From positions 3,221 through 67,220 of the IMG/VR virus record IMGVR_UViG_3300029305_006387: 64,000 bases of DNA. One strand, written 5' to 3'. The notes under the pieces were generated by a model. That model did no database searches, was not told the DNA's origin, and worked only from the letters and a program-made list of their open reading frames with translations. Made by a program: the position numbers and the translations under genes. This DNA comes from a virus. Lineage: Duplodnaviria; Caudoviricetes. The stretch's first letter is position 1. Each line of letters opens with the position of its first letter. This document shows, in pieces, positions 25,851 to 34,769 of the stretch.

Positions 25851-26268
25851 GAGAGTAAAAGAATTTGCCGAGGTGTTCACCTCGGAACGCGAAGTTAAAG
25901 CTATGTGCGACCTTCTTCCTGATGAAATTTGGAACAATATCGAAAGCACCTTTCTTGAACCTGCTTGCGGGAACGGAAACTTTCTCGTCGAGATTTTTTC
26001 AAGAAAGTTGGAGCGTTGCAATAGCGAAAAAGAAGGTCTTAAAGCATTGGCGAGTATTGTCGGTGTGGATATTCAAAATGACAACGTAGAAGAGAGCAGA
26101 AAACGACTGCGCGAGTTGTACCTGAAACGGTTTCCGTCGGCAAACGCATTTTGTCTTGTTTTATTGGCACAGATACTGCACAACAATATATTCTGCGACG
26201 ACAGCCTAAAAAGGATGCAGTCGTGGATAGATGAAACAAAGCCAACACAATTAAAATTGGAGATTTGA
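25825..26268 (+). CDS. SAM-binding half of an N6-adenine methyltransferase
   Basis: AEVFT (X), FLEPACGNGNFL (I), GVDI (II), CDDSL (III); no NPPY/DPPY before stop. Confidence 0.7.
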   Translation: MEKQIKSRKRVKEFAEVFTSEREVKAMCDLLPDEIWNNIESTFLEPACGNGNFLVEIFSRKLERCNSEKEGLKALASIVGVDIQNDNVEESRKRLRELYLKRFPSANAFCLVLLAQILHNNIFCDDSLKRMQSWIDETKPTQLKLEI

Positions 26269-26272
26269 AACA

Positions 26273-26878
26273 ATGAAGATTATACCTTCTTTTGATAACA
26301 TAGAAAAAGGCTACTGCGTATTCGAGAAACGCGGAAAATATAAAGGATTGGACGAGAACGACATCCCGCAGTTTTCAAACCCGCTCTCATTAGATGTAAT
26401 GATTGCTCACGGTGCATTCAAAAAGCATCTCACAATAGAGATATTATTAGACAGAAAGCGGGGAAGGAGAGCGTTCTGCTTTGGTTATGATGATAAGAGA
26501 TACCCCTACACTTTTGAATATTCGCAAGCAGGGTACGACGAAATGCTCAAAAAGATTGAAAGCGTGTTGCGCGACGACTTGCGGCGCATAACAGAATTGT
26601 TGGATGATATTTCCGCGCCACAACTATTCGCCAAATATTGCCACGAAAACAACGGGCGAGAAAGCGATAAAGAACGGAATAAACGGTATCTCATTCTTGG
26701 AAATATGTACAAGGTTGAGAACGTTGAAATGGGGCAGAGCAGTACGAGTATTTCATTGCGCGGAATAAAAGGCTCTTTTAATAGCGTGAGCTTCAATTTC
26801 TTTGTAATGATTGACGGGGAATACAAAGAACACGATATTTACAAGGATAAAAAATACAATCCGTATTTGCGAGGATAA
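26273..26878 (+). CDS. hypothetical protein
   Basis: 201 aa ORF in operon. Confidence 0.6.
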   Translation: MKIIPSFDNIEKGYCVFEKRGKYKGLDENDIPQFSNPLSLDVMIAHGAFKKHLTIEILLDRKRGRRAFCFGYDDKRYPYTFEYSQAGYDEMLKKIESVLRDDLRRITELLDDISAPQLFAKYCHENNGRESDKERNKRYLILGNMYKVENVEMGQSSTSISLRGIKGSFNSVSFNFFVMIDGEYKEHDIYKDKKYNPYLRG

Positions 26879-26879
26879 T

Positions 26880-27551
26880 ATGAAAAAGACGAAAATTGAT
26901 TGGTGCGACTGCACAGTAAATCCCGTTGTTGGGTGTAAAAATGGTTGCGAATACTGCTATGCAAAGAAGATTAACGATAGATTCAAAATTGTCCCCGATT
27001 TTAAGAAACCGCAATTCTTCCCGGAGCGACTGAAACAGTTTGAAAGTAAAGCTCCCAAAAGTGTATTTATCGACAGTATGAGCGATATAGCGAATTGGAA
27101 ACAGGCTTGGTTTGACGAAACTATGGAGGCAATCCATAATAATCCGCAACACCAATACATTGCCCTTACGAAAAATGTCGCCGAGTTAAGGGAAAGACTA
27201 TGGTTGTATTTCTGCAAGTACACAAAAGTTCAACCGCACAATCTCTTTGTTGGAAAGACGATTACTCAAAAAAGGAATCCTTCTCTGAAACCACTCAACG
27301 TTGACTTTTTGAGCATCGAACCGTTGTTAGAGCCGATTGATATAATTCCGTATATAGACCCGGTATTGAAAACAGTAATTATTGGGGCTGAAACGGGTAA
27401 TAGAAAACAAAAAGTAGTACCCAAAAAACAATGGGTGGAAGATATTGTGGATGCGGCTACCATTTATGGCGTGGGGATTTTTATGAAGGAAAGCCTGCGT
27501 GGAATAATGGGAGAAGATTTCAGACAAGATAAATTGCCTTGGCAACATTAG
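26880..27551 (+). CDS. DUF5131 (phage Gp37/Gp68) radical-SAM-like protein
   Basis: KTKIDWCD.TVNPVVGCKNGCEYCYA...LTKN...FLSIEPLL...VIIGAETG...FMKE. Confidence 0.9.
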   Translation: MKKTKIDWCDCTVNPVVGCKNGCEYCYAKKINDRFKIVPDFKKPQFFPERLKQFESKAPKSVFIDSMSDIANWKQAWFDETMEAIHNNPQHQYIALTKNVAELRERLWLYFCKYTKVQPHNLFVGKTITQKRNPSLKPLNVDFLSIEPLLEPIDIIPYIDPVLKTVIIGAETGNRKQKVVPKKQWVEDIVDAATIYGVGIFMKESLRGIMGEDFRQDKLPWQH

Positions 27552-27561
27552 GAGTAAGGAT

Positions 27562-27969
27562 ATGGGATTTACAAGAAATCGGTACAACGGAAAATATAAC
27601 GCAAAAAAAATAGTAATAGACGGACACGAGTTTGCGAGTAACAAGGAAGCAAAGAGATACGGGGAACTTTCGTATCTCTTGGAGCAAGGCAAAATCAAAG
27701 ACCTTGAAATCCAAAAAGAGTTTTTGCTTATTCCTACGCAAAGAGAGCCTGATATTATTGGCAAGCGTGGTGGAGTAAAAAAAGGAAAGGTAATAGAGCA
27801 ATCCGTGAAATACATAGCGGACTTTGTTTACACCGACGTAGAAACAGGGGAAATGGTTGTTGAAGATGTCAAAGGCTACCGCGACCCTGCAAGCGCGGGG
27901 ATTGTCAAGTATATCTTAAAACGAAAAATGATGCTGTATTTCCACGGAATCCGAATAAAGGAGATTTGA
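27562..27969 (+). CDS. DUF1064 family PD-(D/E)xK nuclease-like protein
   Basis: KYNAKKIVIDGHEFASNKEAKRY...YIADFVY...VVEDVKG. Confidence 0.9.
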   Translation: MGFTRNRYNGKYNAKKIVIDGHEFASNKEAKRYGELSYLLEQGKIKDLEIQKEFLLIPTQREPDIIGKRGGVKKGKVIEQSVKYIADFVYTDVETGEMVVEDVKGYRDPASAGIVKYILKRKMMLYFHGIRIKEI

Positions 27970-28190
27970 GAATAATGGGAACGACTGATATTTGCGAACT
28001 TGTGATAAAAGAAATAACGGAAAGCGAGTTGTCCGTTAATAGTATAGCGAAAAAGTCCGGGATAAGCGAGGCGACAATTCGCGGTTGGTTGCGCGGAAAA
28101 GGAACACCGTCCATTGCAAACGCACAGTTTGTATTGTCAGTCTTGGGCAAAGAACTTTGTATTAAGGAGAAAGCGACCAATGGGCAATAG
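27966..28190 (+). CDS. XRE-family HTH protein
   Basis: SVNSIAKKSGISEATIRGWLRGKGTPSI. Confidence 0.8.
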   Translation: MRIMGTTDICELVIKEITESELSVNSIAKKSGISEATIRGWLRGKGTPSIANAQFVLSVLGKELCIKEKATNGQ

Positions 28191-28380
28191 AAAGATTTTT
28201 CGCTGTAAATGCAAAAAGGAAAACGGGCAGATTTGCGGAAACCCTCTATATGCAGTAAAAGACGGGGAAGTGGTTATGAAACGCCACGGCAGGGAAATAC
28301 GATTCTCGGAAGAACAACGCGCCGAAATCAAATGCGAGCGATGCGGCGGGGTAACGATAGTAGGAGATAAGAATGGATAA
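28180..28380 (+). CDS. Com-like Cys4 zinc-ribbon protein
   Basis: FRCKC...ICG...EIKCERCG; AAGGAG SD. Confidence 0.55.
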   Translation: MGNRKIFRCKCKKENGQICGNPLYAVKDGEVVMKRHGREIRFSEEQRAEIKCERCGGVTIVGDKNG

Positions 28381-28717
28381 AAAAGAACGAGTTGCTGAAA
28401 TGGCAAAAATCATCAAGCCGTTAATGCCAAATCAATGTGGGTTTGTGGAAGAAACGGGCTGCGTTTTTGGCGACGACATAGATTGCCCCGAATGCGTAAT
28501 AGCACAAAGGCTCGTGGAAGTCGGATATAAAAAAGAGAGTGAAGTAGCAGGGGAGATTTTGGGGGAGATACGGAAAGCGGTCTTTGATTATCTGAATGTA
28601 AAAAATGAGCAACAAGCAGATAACCTTTCTTTAATTGATAGCACATTGACATACGATGTTGTAACGAAAAAGATTGCGGAGATTGCAAAACGATTGAAAT
28701 GCGAGGTGAAAGAGTGA
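28373..28717 (+). CDS. hypothetical protein
   Basis: ORF in operon. Confidence 0.55.
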   Translation: MDKKERVAEMAKIIKPLMPNQCGFVEETGCVFGDDIDCPECVIAQRLVEVGYKKESEVAGEILGEIRKAVFDYLNVKNEQQADNLSLIDSTLTYDVVTKKIAEIAKRLKCEVKE

Positions 28718-29466
28718 AATACATTGGGAGCAAGTCGAAAATTGCATCGGAGATTGTGCCGATTTTGCAGAACATCATAGACGAAAATAAAATTGAGTTT
28801 TACATAGAACCTTTTGTGGGTGGGTTTAATATTATTGATAAAATCAAATGCGTTGTGCGCATAGGCGCGGATATTGATAAGCTCGTGTGCAATCTCGTTG
28901 TTGAGTGCAGGAGAAATCCTTGTTTACTTGATACACTTAAAACGCCAACACGCGAAGAATATTACGACGTTCGGGATAATCCGCATAAATACCAAAGTTG
29001 GTACAGGGCGGCAATACTTCTCTTTGCATCGTATAATTCCCGTGTGTACGGCGGTTGCTACGGCGCGACGGCTAAAACGAAAGACGGAAAAACTCGTGAT
29101 TATTTTGAAGAAGCGAAGAGGAATTTCCAAAATCAACTTCCCAAATTAACAAATATATTCATTCAAAACTGCGATTATAGAAAAATGGTATTGCCAAAGC
29201 CCGCAAAAATGTTATTTTATTGCGACCCGCCTTACGCTGAAGGAATTGGCTACGGGGAGGGATTCAATACCGAAGAGTTTTGGGATTGGTGCAGAGAGCG
29301 AACCAAAGAAGGAAATATAGTTATTGTTAGCGAAAACTCTGCGCCGAAAGATTTTGCTTGCATTTGGGAAAAGGGCGTTGAAAGTCATTTGAATAATCGC
29401 AATAAGACGAGAAAAACAGAAAGACTTTTTATGTGTATGGATTGCACGTATGGGGTGCAGTCGTGA
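28714..29466 (+). CDS. D12-class (Dam-like) N6-adenine DNA methyltransferase
   Basis: KYIGSKSK, YIEPFVGG, FYCDPPY; intact frame. Confidence 0.9.
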   Translation: MKYIGSKSKIASEIVPILQNIIDENKIEFYIEPFVGGFNIIDKIKCVVRIGADIDKLVCNLVVECRRNPCLLDTLKTPTREEYYDVRDNPHKYQSWYRAAILLFASYNSRVYGGCYGATAKTKDGKTRDYFEEAKRNFQNQLPKLTNIFIQNCDYRKMVLPKPAKMLFYCDPPYAEGIGYGEGFNTEEFWDWCRERTKEGNIVIVSENSAPKDFACIWEKGVESHLNNRNKTRKTERLFMCMDCTYGVQS

Positions 29467-29669
29467 AATACAAGAAGGTTGACGAGTATATAACCTACAC
29501 CCCGCCCGAAGAGATTGCAATCTGTGAAGATTGTCCATACCCAACGGCGCAATGCGGCGATAGAGGGTGCAGACACTTTCTATCAGCAAAGAAAGCATTG
29601 GAAGAGAAACGAAGAAAGGAAAAACAGAACGGTGGAAAAGTACATAAACAAAATCATTCACGCGGATAG
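29463..29669 (+). CDS. small Cys-rich hypothetical protein
   Basis: ICEDCPYP...C...C. Confidence 0.5.
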   Translation: MKYKKVDEYITYTPPEEIAICEDCPYPTAQCGDRGCRHFLSAKKALEEKRRKEKQNGGKVHKQNHSRG

Positions 29670-30347
29670 CTACGACTTCATAAAAAGCATCCCCGATAAG
29701 AGTATTGATTGTATCTATACGGATATTCCCTATTTATATGTAAACGGCGGCGTTGGGCATAGTGAGTTGTGTGTGAGAACGGCGAGAAAGAAAAAAGAGC
29801 TTGAAGATATTTCAAAAGGGATTGATTACTCCATTCTCGAAGAGTTCAAAAGGGTTCTCAAAAAAGTCAACATTTTCATTTGGTGCAGTAAGATGCAACT
29901 GCTTGATATTATGAAATGGGGGGGGGGGGTTATAATACTGACTTGTTAGTATGGTGTAAGACGAACCCTACTCCGCAAACGAATAATATTTGGTTGCCCG
30001 ATTTGGAGTATTGCGTATATATGCGGGAGTTCGGCGTACCCTTAAACGACGGCTACGAGCTGAAAAGTAAATGGTATTGCTCCCCGGCGAATAAAAGCGA
30101 CAAGGATTTATTCGAGCATCCAACGATTAAACCCCTGCAACTTGTGGAACGGCATTTGCTACACGCAACGCAGCCAAACGATATTGTAGCAGATTTCTTT
30201 GTTGGGAGTGGCACGACAGCTGTCGCCTGCAAGGAGATAGGGCGGCGGTATATCGGGGTCGAAATTGAAGAAAAGTGGGTAAAGGTCGCAAACGATAGGC
30301 TGAACGGAATAGACCAAAATGGACAAATAAGCTTCTTTTTAAGATAA
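29632..30347 (+). pseudogene. beta-class N4/N6 DNA methyltransferase, frameshifted at G12 tract (phase-OFF candidate)
   Basis: IYTDIPY in 5' frame; HPTIKP and DFFVGSGTT in 3' frame; junction is G12 at 29918-29929; G13 or G10 restores one ORF. Confidence 0.85.
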
Positions 30348-30364
30348 CATTTCAGGAGAACAGG

Positions 30365-30739
30365 ATGGATAAAGCAAAGATAAAAGCACAGTTTCTTAAA
30401 TACAGCAAGGAGCAAATTATAGATGCAATGCTTTCGGAAACAATCTTCAATGAAGCAAGCTGTATCCTGCATCGTTGTTGGCATACGAAACACGAAGAGC
30501 TTTACAAGGCTATGTGCAAAGCCGGAGAAGAAGAGAATGCTGCGCTAACTGCTTTCATTGAATACCAAAAAGAACTCGCCGCAAAGTATGGCGACGGGGA
30601 AAAGTTTAAGTTTTCAAGGCTGTCGTCGCAAGAATCTATAAAGTATGATAAACTGTCGGCGGCGTGGGATGAAACGCGTAAACGATACGAAAAAGCAAAC
30701 AAACAAATCGACGCCTTTTACAAGGAGTGCAAGTTATGA
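30365..30739 (+). CDS. hypothetical protein
   Basis: 124 aa ORF with AGGA SD. Confidence 0.55.
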   Translation: MDKAKIKAQFLKYSKEQIIDAMLSETIFNEASCILHRCWHTKHEELYKAMCKAGEEENAALTAFIEYQKELAAKYGDGEKFKFSRLSSQESIKYDKLSAAWDETRKRYEKANKQIDAFYKECKL

Positions 30740-31020
30740 AACCTTCGTTAAACAGAACGGTTTATTGCATATACGAAGATTCCATACTCACGGAAGAAGT
30801 TTACGCACTCGGTGCGGACAGCTTTATTGTTGCGAGCTTCGGGAGTATGACAAATTCCGATAGTTGGGAATATTTCTTTGAAGAGTACAATGAAACTTGG
30901 TTCACAAGCCTTGCAAGAGCAAAGAAAAAATTGAAGGCTAAATACCATAGAGAACACGGAAAATCTTGTACTTTTGTCGAGATTGAGAGCGGATATTACG
31001 AGGCTATACCTGAAAAATGA
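30727..31020 (+). CDS. hypothetical protein
   Basis: ORF overlapping both neighbours. Confidence 0.55.
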   Translation: MQVMKPSLNRTVYCIYEDSILTEEVYALGADSFIVASFGSMTNSDSWEYFFEEYNETWFTSLARAKKKLKAKYHREHGKSCTFVEIESGYYEAIPEK

Positions 31021-32158
31021 CAAATTATCGCCTTCTTAACAAATACATAACCGAAGAAATAGACCCAAACGCGGTTTACGTTCTCTCGCTTTCATACGGA
31101 AAAGATAGTCTTGCTTGCCTTGGGGCGATTGAAAAACTTGGACTTCCGCTCCACAGAATCGTACACGCAGAGGTGTGGGCTACGGACACAATCCCCGCCG
31201 ACTTGCCGCCTATGATGGAATTTAAGGCAAGGGCAGATGAAATTATAGAACGGCGTTGGGGAATAAAAGTCGAGCATATTTGCGCAACGAAGAAGGTTTG
31301 CGGGGGGGGGCAACAAAAACTCTCTTACGAGCAAATGTTCTACAATGTGCTTGAAAGTGGACAGTTTGCAGGAGCAATCAAAGGATTCCCTCTTACAATC
31401 GGAAGTTGGTGTAAAAAGCTCAAATACGAAAACGGAGCGGTTGACGTACGAAGATATATTCTATCGAGTTGTGCAATCGCGGGGGGGGCAAGGATTTACG
31501 GTTTTCCGATGCTCGGCGGGCAATGGTGCAACTCGGCTCTCAAAATGCAAGCCTTCCGACAGACTCAATCACGGGCTTTGCGACGAAATGGAGTCAATAC
31601 TGCACGGGGGAACTCAAACGAACCGCATTACGGGCTTTCCCATTTCAGTCAACCGGGGAAATTGGTGTACCCAACTCAAACAAAGGGTTTTCCAAAAGCC
31701 CGAACACGACGGGCGGTATAAATGTCGTGCAGTATCTTGGGATTGCGGCGGACGAGCCTTTAAGAATTAAAAAACACGCCAAACGAAAAGATATTATATT
31801 GCCACTTGCAGAAATTGGGTGGGATGAAGATTATTGCGGATTGTGGGCAAAATACAATGATTTGCTATCGCCGACATATACGACGGCGACAAGGGGTGGC
31901 TGTTGGTTCTGCCACAACCAAGGGGTTGAGCAATTAAGGTTATTGCGAAAGAATTACCCTGACCTTTGGGAAATCTTATTAAAGTGGGACAAGGACAGCC
32001 CGACAACGTTTAAGCCCGACGGTCATACGGTGCGGGATTTTGACAAGAGATTCGAGATGGAAGATAAAGGAATTATCAACCCAAACGACACGTTTCGGTG
32101 GAAATACCTTACAGAACCGCCGCGAATAAGGCAAATGTCTATTTTTGACATTATTTAG
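31017..32158 (+). CDS. PAPS-reductase-family (PP-loop) protein split over three overlapping frames, with cassette array
   Basis: SLSYGKDS PP-loop in frame of 31017; YLGIAADEP and RGGCWFC in frame ending 32158; G9 (31302-31310) and G8 (31481-31488) tracts between them. Confidence 0.85.
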
Positions 32159-32170
32159 GAGAAGAATAAA

Positions 32171-33121
32171 ATGTTTCAAATGAGCTTATTTGACGGCAGT
32201 CAGCCGTTCAAAATAGATAAACCTATACGCCTAATAGAGCTTTTTGCAGGGTATGGGAGTCAAGCACTTTCCCTTAAATATCTCGGCGTACCCTTTGAAC
32301 ACCACGTTATAAGCGAATGGGCGGTAAAATCCATTCAAGCGTATAAGGATATGCACTTTGCAGGCGACTCAACGGATTACTCTATGGGGATGACCGACGG
32401 GGAACTCGTGGACTTTCTCGACGGGAGAATATCAGCAGACTACAACAAGCCTATGACCCGCAAACAAATAGAGAAACATAACGGTGGCGAAAAATGGCGT
32501 AGGGCAGTTTATAACAATATGAAAGCAACGAGAAACCTTGGTTCTATAACAATGGCAAGGGGGGGGGATTTACAGGTTGAAGAAACCGACAAATACTGCT
32601 ACATACTCACCTACTCATTCCCCTGCCAAGACCTTTCTTCGGCGGGAAAGGGCGCGGGGATGGAGAAAGGGAGTGGAACGCGTAGTGGATTGCTGTGGGA
32701 GGTGGAGCGATTGCTGAAGGAATGCAACGAACTTCCGCAGGTTCTTCTAATGGAGAATGTTCCTGATGTTACGAGCAGGAAAAATATGCCGCATTTCGCG
32801 CAATGGATAGCTTTTCTCGACGAGCTTGGGTACAAAACGAAATGGGCAAATTTGAATGCAAAGGAATTTGGCATTCCGCAAAACCGAGAGAGATGCTTTG
32901 CGGTTTCTATCCTTGGGGATTACTACTACAATCACCCCACGGGGTTTCCCCTAAAAAAAAGACTGCGCGACGTCCTTCAAAAAAATGTGGACGAAAGCTA
33001 TTATCTAAAAGAAGAAACAATACAAGCGTTAAACCTTCATAAAGAACGCCACGATGCCAAGGGCAATGGATTCGGTTGGCAACCTACGACGGGGGGGGTA
33101 CGCAAAGACTATCAAGACTGA
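32171..33121 (+). CDS. C5-cytosine DNA methyltransferase, N-terminal part (motifs I-VIII)
   Basis: LIELFAGYGSQ (I), SFPCQDLS (IV), MENV (VI), PQNRERCF (VIII); G9 in frame at 32559-32567; frame ends shortly after G8 at 33091-33098. Confidence 0.9.
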   Translation: MFQMSLFDGSQPFKIDKPIRLIELFAGYGSQALSLKYLGVPFEHHVISEWAVKSIQAYKDMHFAGDSTDYSMGMTDGELVDFLDGRISADYNKPMTRKQIEKHNGGEKWRRAVYNNMKATRNLGSITMARGGDLQVEETDKYCYILTYSFPCQDLSSAGKGAGMEKGSGTRSGLLWEVERLLKECNELPQVLLMENVPDVTSRKNMPHFAQWIAFLDELGYKTKWANLNAKEFGIPQNRERCFAVSILGDYYYNHPTGFPLKKRLRDVLQKNVDESYYLKEETIQALNLHKERHDAKGNGFGWQPTTGGVRKDYQD

Positions 33122-33396
33122 AAGCGGATACAGACCAAGTTCAAACTTTGTTATTGAGCAACCAAGGGAAAACGGTAAAGAAATTCGTGGACGTCGCGGG
33201 AACGGTGATGGCGCGAGATTGGAAGGGATTTGGCAATCAAGCGATGACGGCGGTGATGGAAACAAAAAAAACAATAGTTGTGAGCCGTCCGCACGGCTAT
33301 AATCGCGGTGGGATAGAAGAAACGGATATTTTCCCGACGGTGCGAAAATCGTCAACTATGGACGGAAATAATGGAGTGGTGGAATGGAAGAAATAA
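33076..33396 (+). other. out-of-frame TRD-like cassettes of the C5 methyltransferase
   Basis: VAGTVMARDWKG...AVME and IFPTVRKSS...GVVE units; third frame carries YAKTIKTESG...FVIE. Confidence 0.65.
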
Positions 33397-33992
33397 CAAG
33401 GTGTAAGCAGGTGGCAACGCTCACCGGTGGAAAATGGGATAGGACAATAGAAGCAAGTAGGCGTGTTTATTCTATCGAACATTTAGCCCCTACCGTAACT
33501 TGCGCGGGGGGGGGGAATCAAGAAGTGAAGATTTTAGAGCCTATGATAGTTGATGATACCTATAAGGGCAGAGAGCCGAGGGTAACGGATAACAGACCAA
33601 CGATTAGAAGTAAGCGCGACGGGTTGAAAGTTTTAGAGCCTATCATCTACGACGGATTTAATCAACAGGTACGCGCCGACCAAAGTTGTGTGGGCGCACT
33701 CACAAGGAATTGTGGGGCTGACCTTAAACGAAACGGTCAAGGGGTAGTCGAACCGCAAGAAACGGGCGTTCGAGTGCGCAAACTCACAGAAAAGGAGTGC
33801 TTTCGACTTCAAGCGGTAAAAGATGAAGATTACGAAAGAGTGCGCAAAAATCAATCAAAATCGAGTAGCTATCATTTGGCAGGCGACAGTATTTGCACAG
33901 TTTGCCTTATGGCTATTTTTGGTGGTATGATGGGCGTAGATTGGAGAAAAAAGATTGACGAGTTGGTAGAGGGACTGAAAGACAATGAGTAG
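33384..33992 (+). CDS. C5-cytosine DNA methyltransferase, C-terminal part (TRD repeats plus motifs IX-X)
   Basis: RVRKLTEKECFRLQ (IX), YHLAGDSI (X); own GGAG SD and ATG; G10 in frame at 33506-33515. Confidence 0.85.
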   Translation: MEEITRCKQVATLTGGKWDRTIEASRRVYSIEHLAPTVTCAGGGNQEVKILEPMIVDDTYKGREPRVTDNRPTIRSKRDGLKVLEPIIYDGFNQQVRADQSCVGALTRNCGADLKRNGQGVVEPQETGVRVRKLTEKECFRLQAVKDEDYERVRKNQSKSSSYHLAGDSICTVCLMAIFGGMMGVDWRKKIDELVEGLKDNE

Positions 33993-34248
33993 AGAAAACA
34001 TAATAAAATTTGTACCACCCGTACCGCTTGCAAAAAGATGTACCTTCTGTGGCGATTTGAGAAAAGAAGCGCAATTTCTATGCGATATGCCGATAGGAAC
34101 GAGCGTGAATACGATTGATTTCAAAAAGCGGTTGATTACTTGCAATAAAATTCTTTGTCGAGATTGCACAACGCAGGTAAACGGGTTTGACTTTTGTCCC
34201 GACTGTATCAAAAAAATAAAATCTGCTAAAAAGGGAGCGCGAGATTGA
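33985..34248 (+). CDS. Cys-rich zinc-finger hypothetical protein
   Basis: CTFC...LCD...TCNKILCRDC...FCPDC. Confidence 0.6.
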   Translation: MSRENIIKFVPPVPLAKRCTFCGDLRKEAQFLCDMPIGTSVNTIDFKKRLITCNKILCRDCTTQVNGFDFCPDCIKKIKSAKKGARD

Positions 34249-34249
34249 T

Positions 34250-34540
34250 ATGAAGAATGAAGAAATAAAAGAGCTTTCAAACGATTTACAGGAAGTGGGT
34301 AAATATGCTACGGATTGGCTTGTTGCAGAAACAAAGGAAATGCTTTCCAAGAACGGCAGGTTCAAGTCGAGCGAACACACAAAATCTCTCAATGAAATTG
34401 TAGCAGAACAGCTAATTGAAAGGGGCTACCAACAGAAAAGCAGAACGGTAGTAGAAATCTTGCAAGCAGTTGATTTAGAGAGTGGCGGTCAGACGGTTGC
34501 AATAACAAATGTTTTAAGAAAGAAATACGGAGTGAAATAG
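34250..34540 (+). CDS. hypothetical protein
   Basis: ORF in operon. Confidence 0.55.
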   Translation: MKNEEIKELSNDLQEVGKYATDWLVAETKEMLSKNGRFKSSEHTKSLNEIVAEQLIERGYQQKSRTVVEILQAVDLESGGQTVAITNVLRKKYGVK

Positions 34541-34544
34541 AGAT

Positions 34545-34769
34545 ATGGAACACGAGAAACTAATAAAAGATTGTGGGGCGTTTATTGACAAGTGTCCCAA
34601 CGAACCAAAACATACTATTGAATGCGAGGTTTGTCGTATGCGGTACGTTGAAAAGGAAAAAGCGAAAGAGATTTTGACCGAAATAAACAATCTATGCAAA
34701 GAAAAAGGAATGCTCTATTTATACGATTGGGTTGACCTTTGGAAAAAATATGTAGGAGAGAATGAATAA
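34545..34769 (+). CDS. hypothetical protein
   Basis: ORF in operon. Confidence 0.55.
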   Translation: MEHEKLIKDCGAFIDKCPNEPKHTIECEVCRMRYVEKEKAKEILTEINNLCKEKGMLYLYDWVDLWKKYVGENE

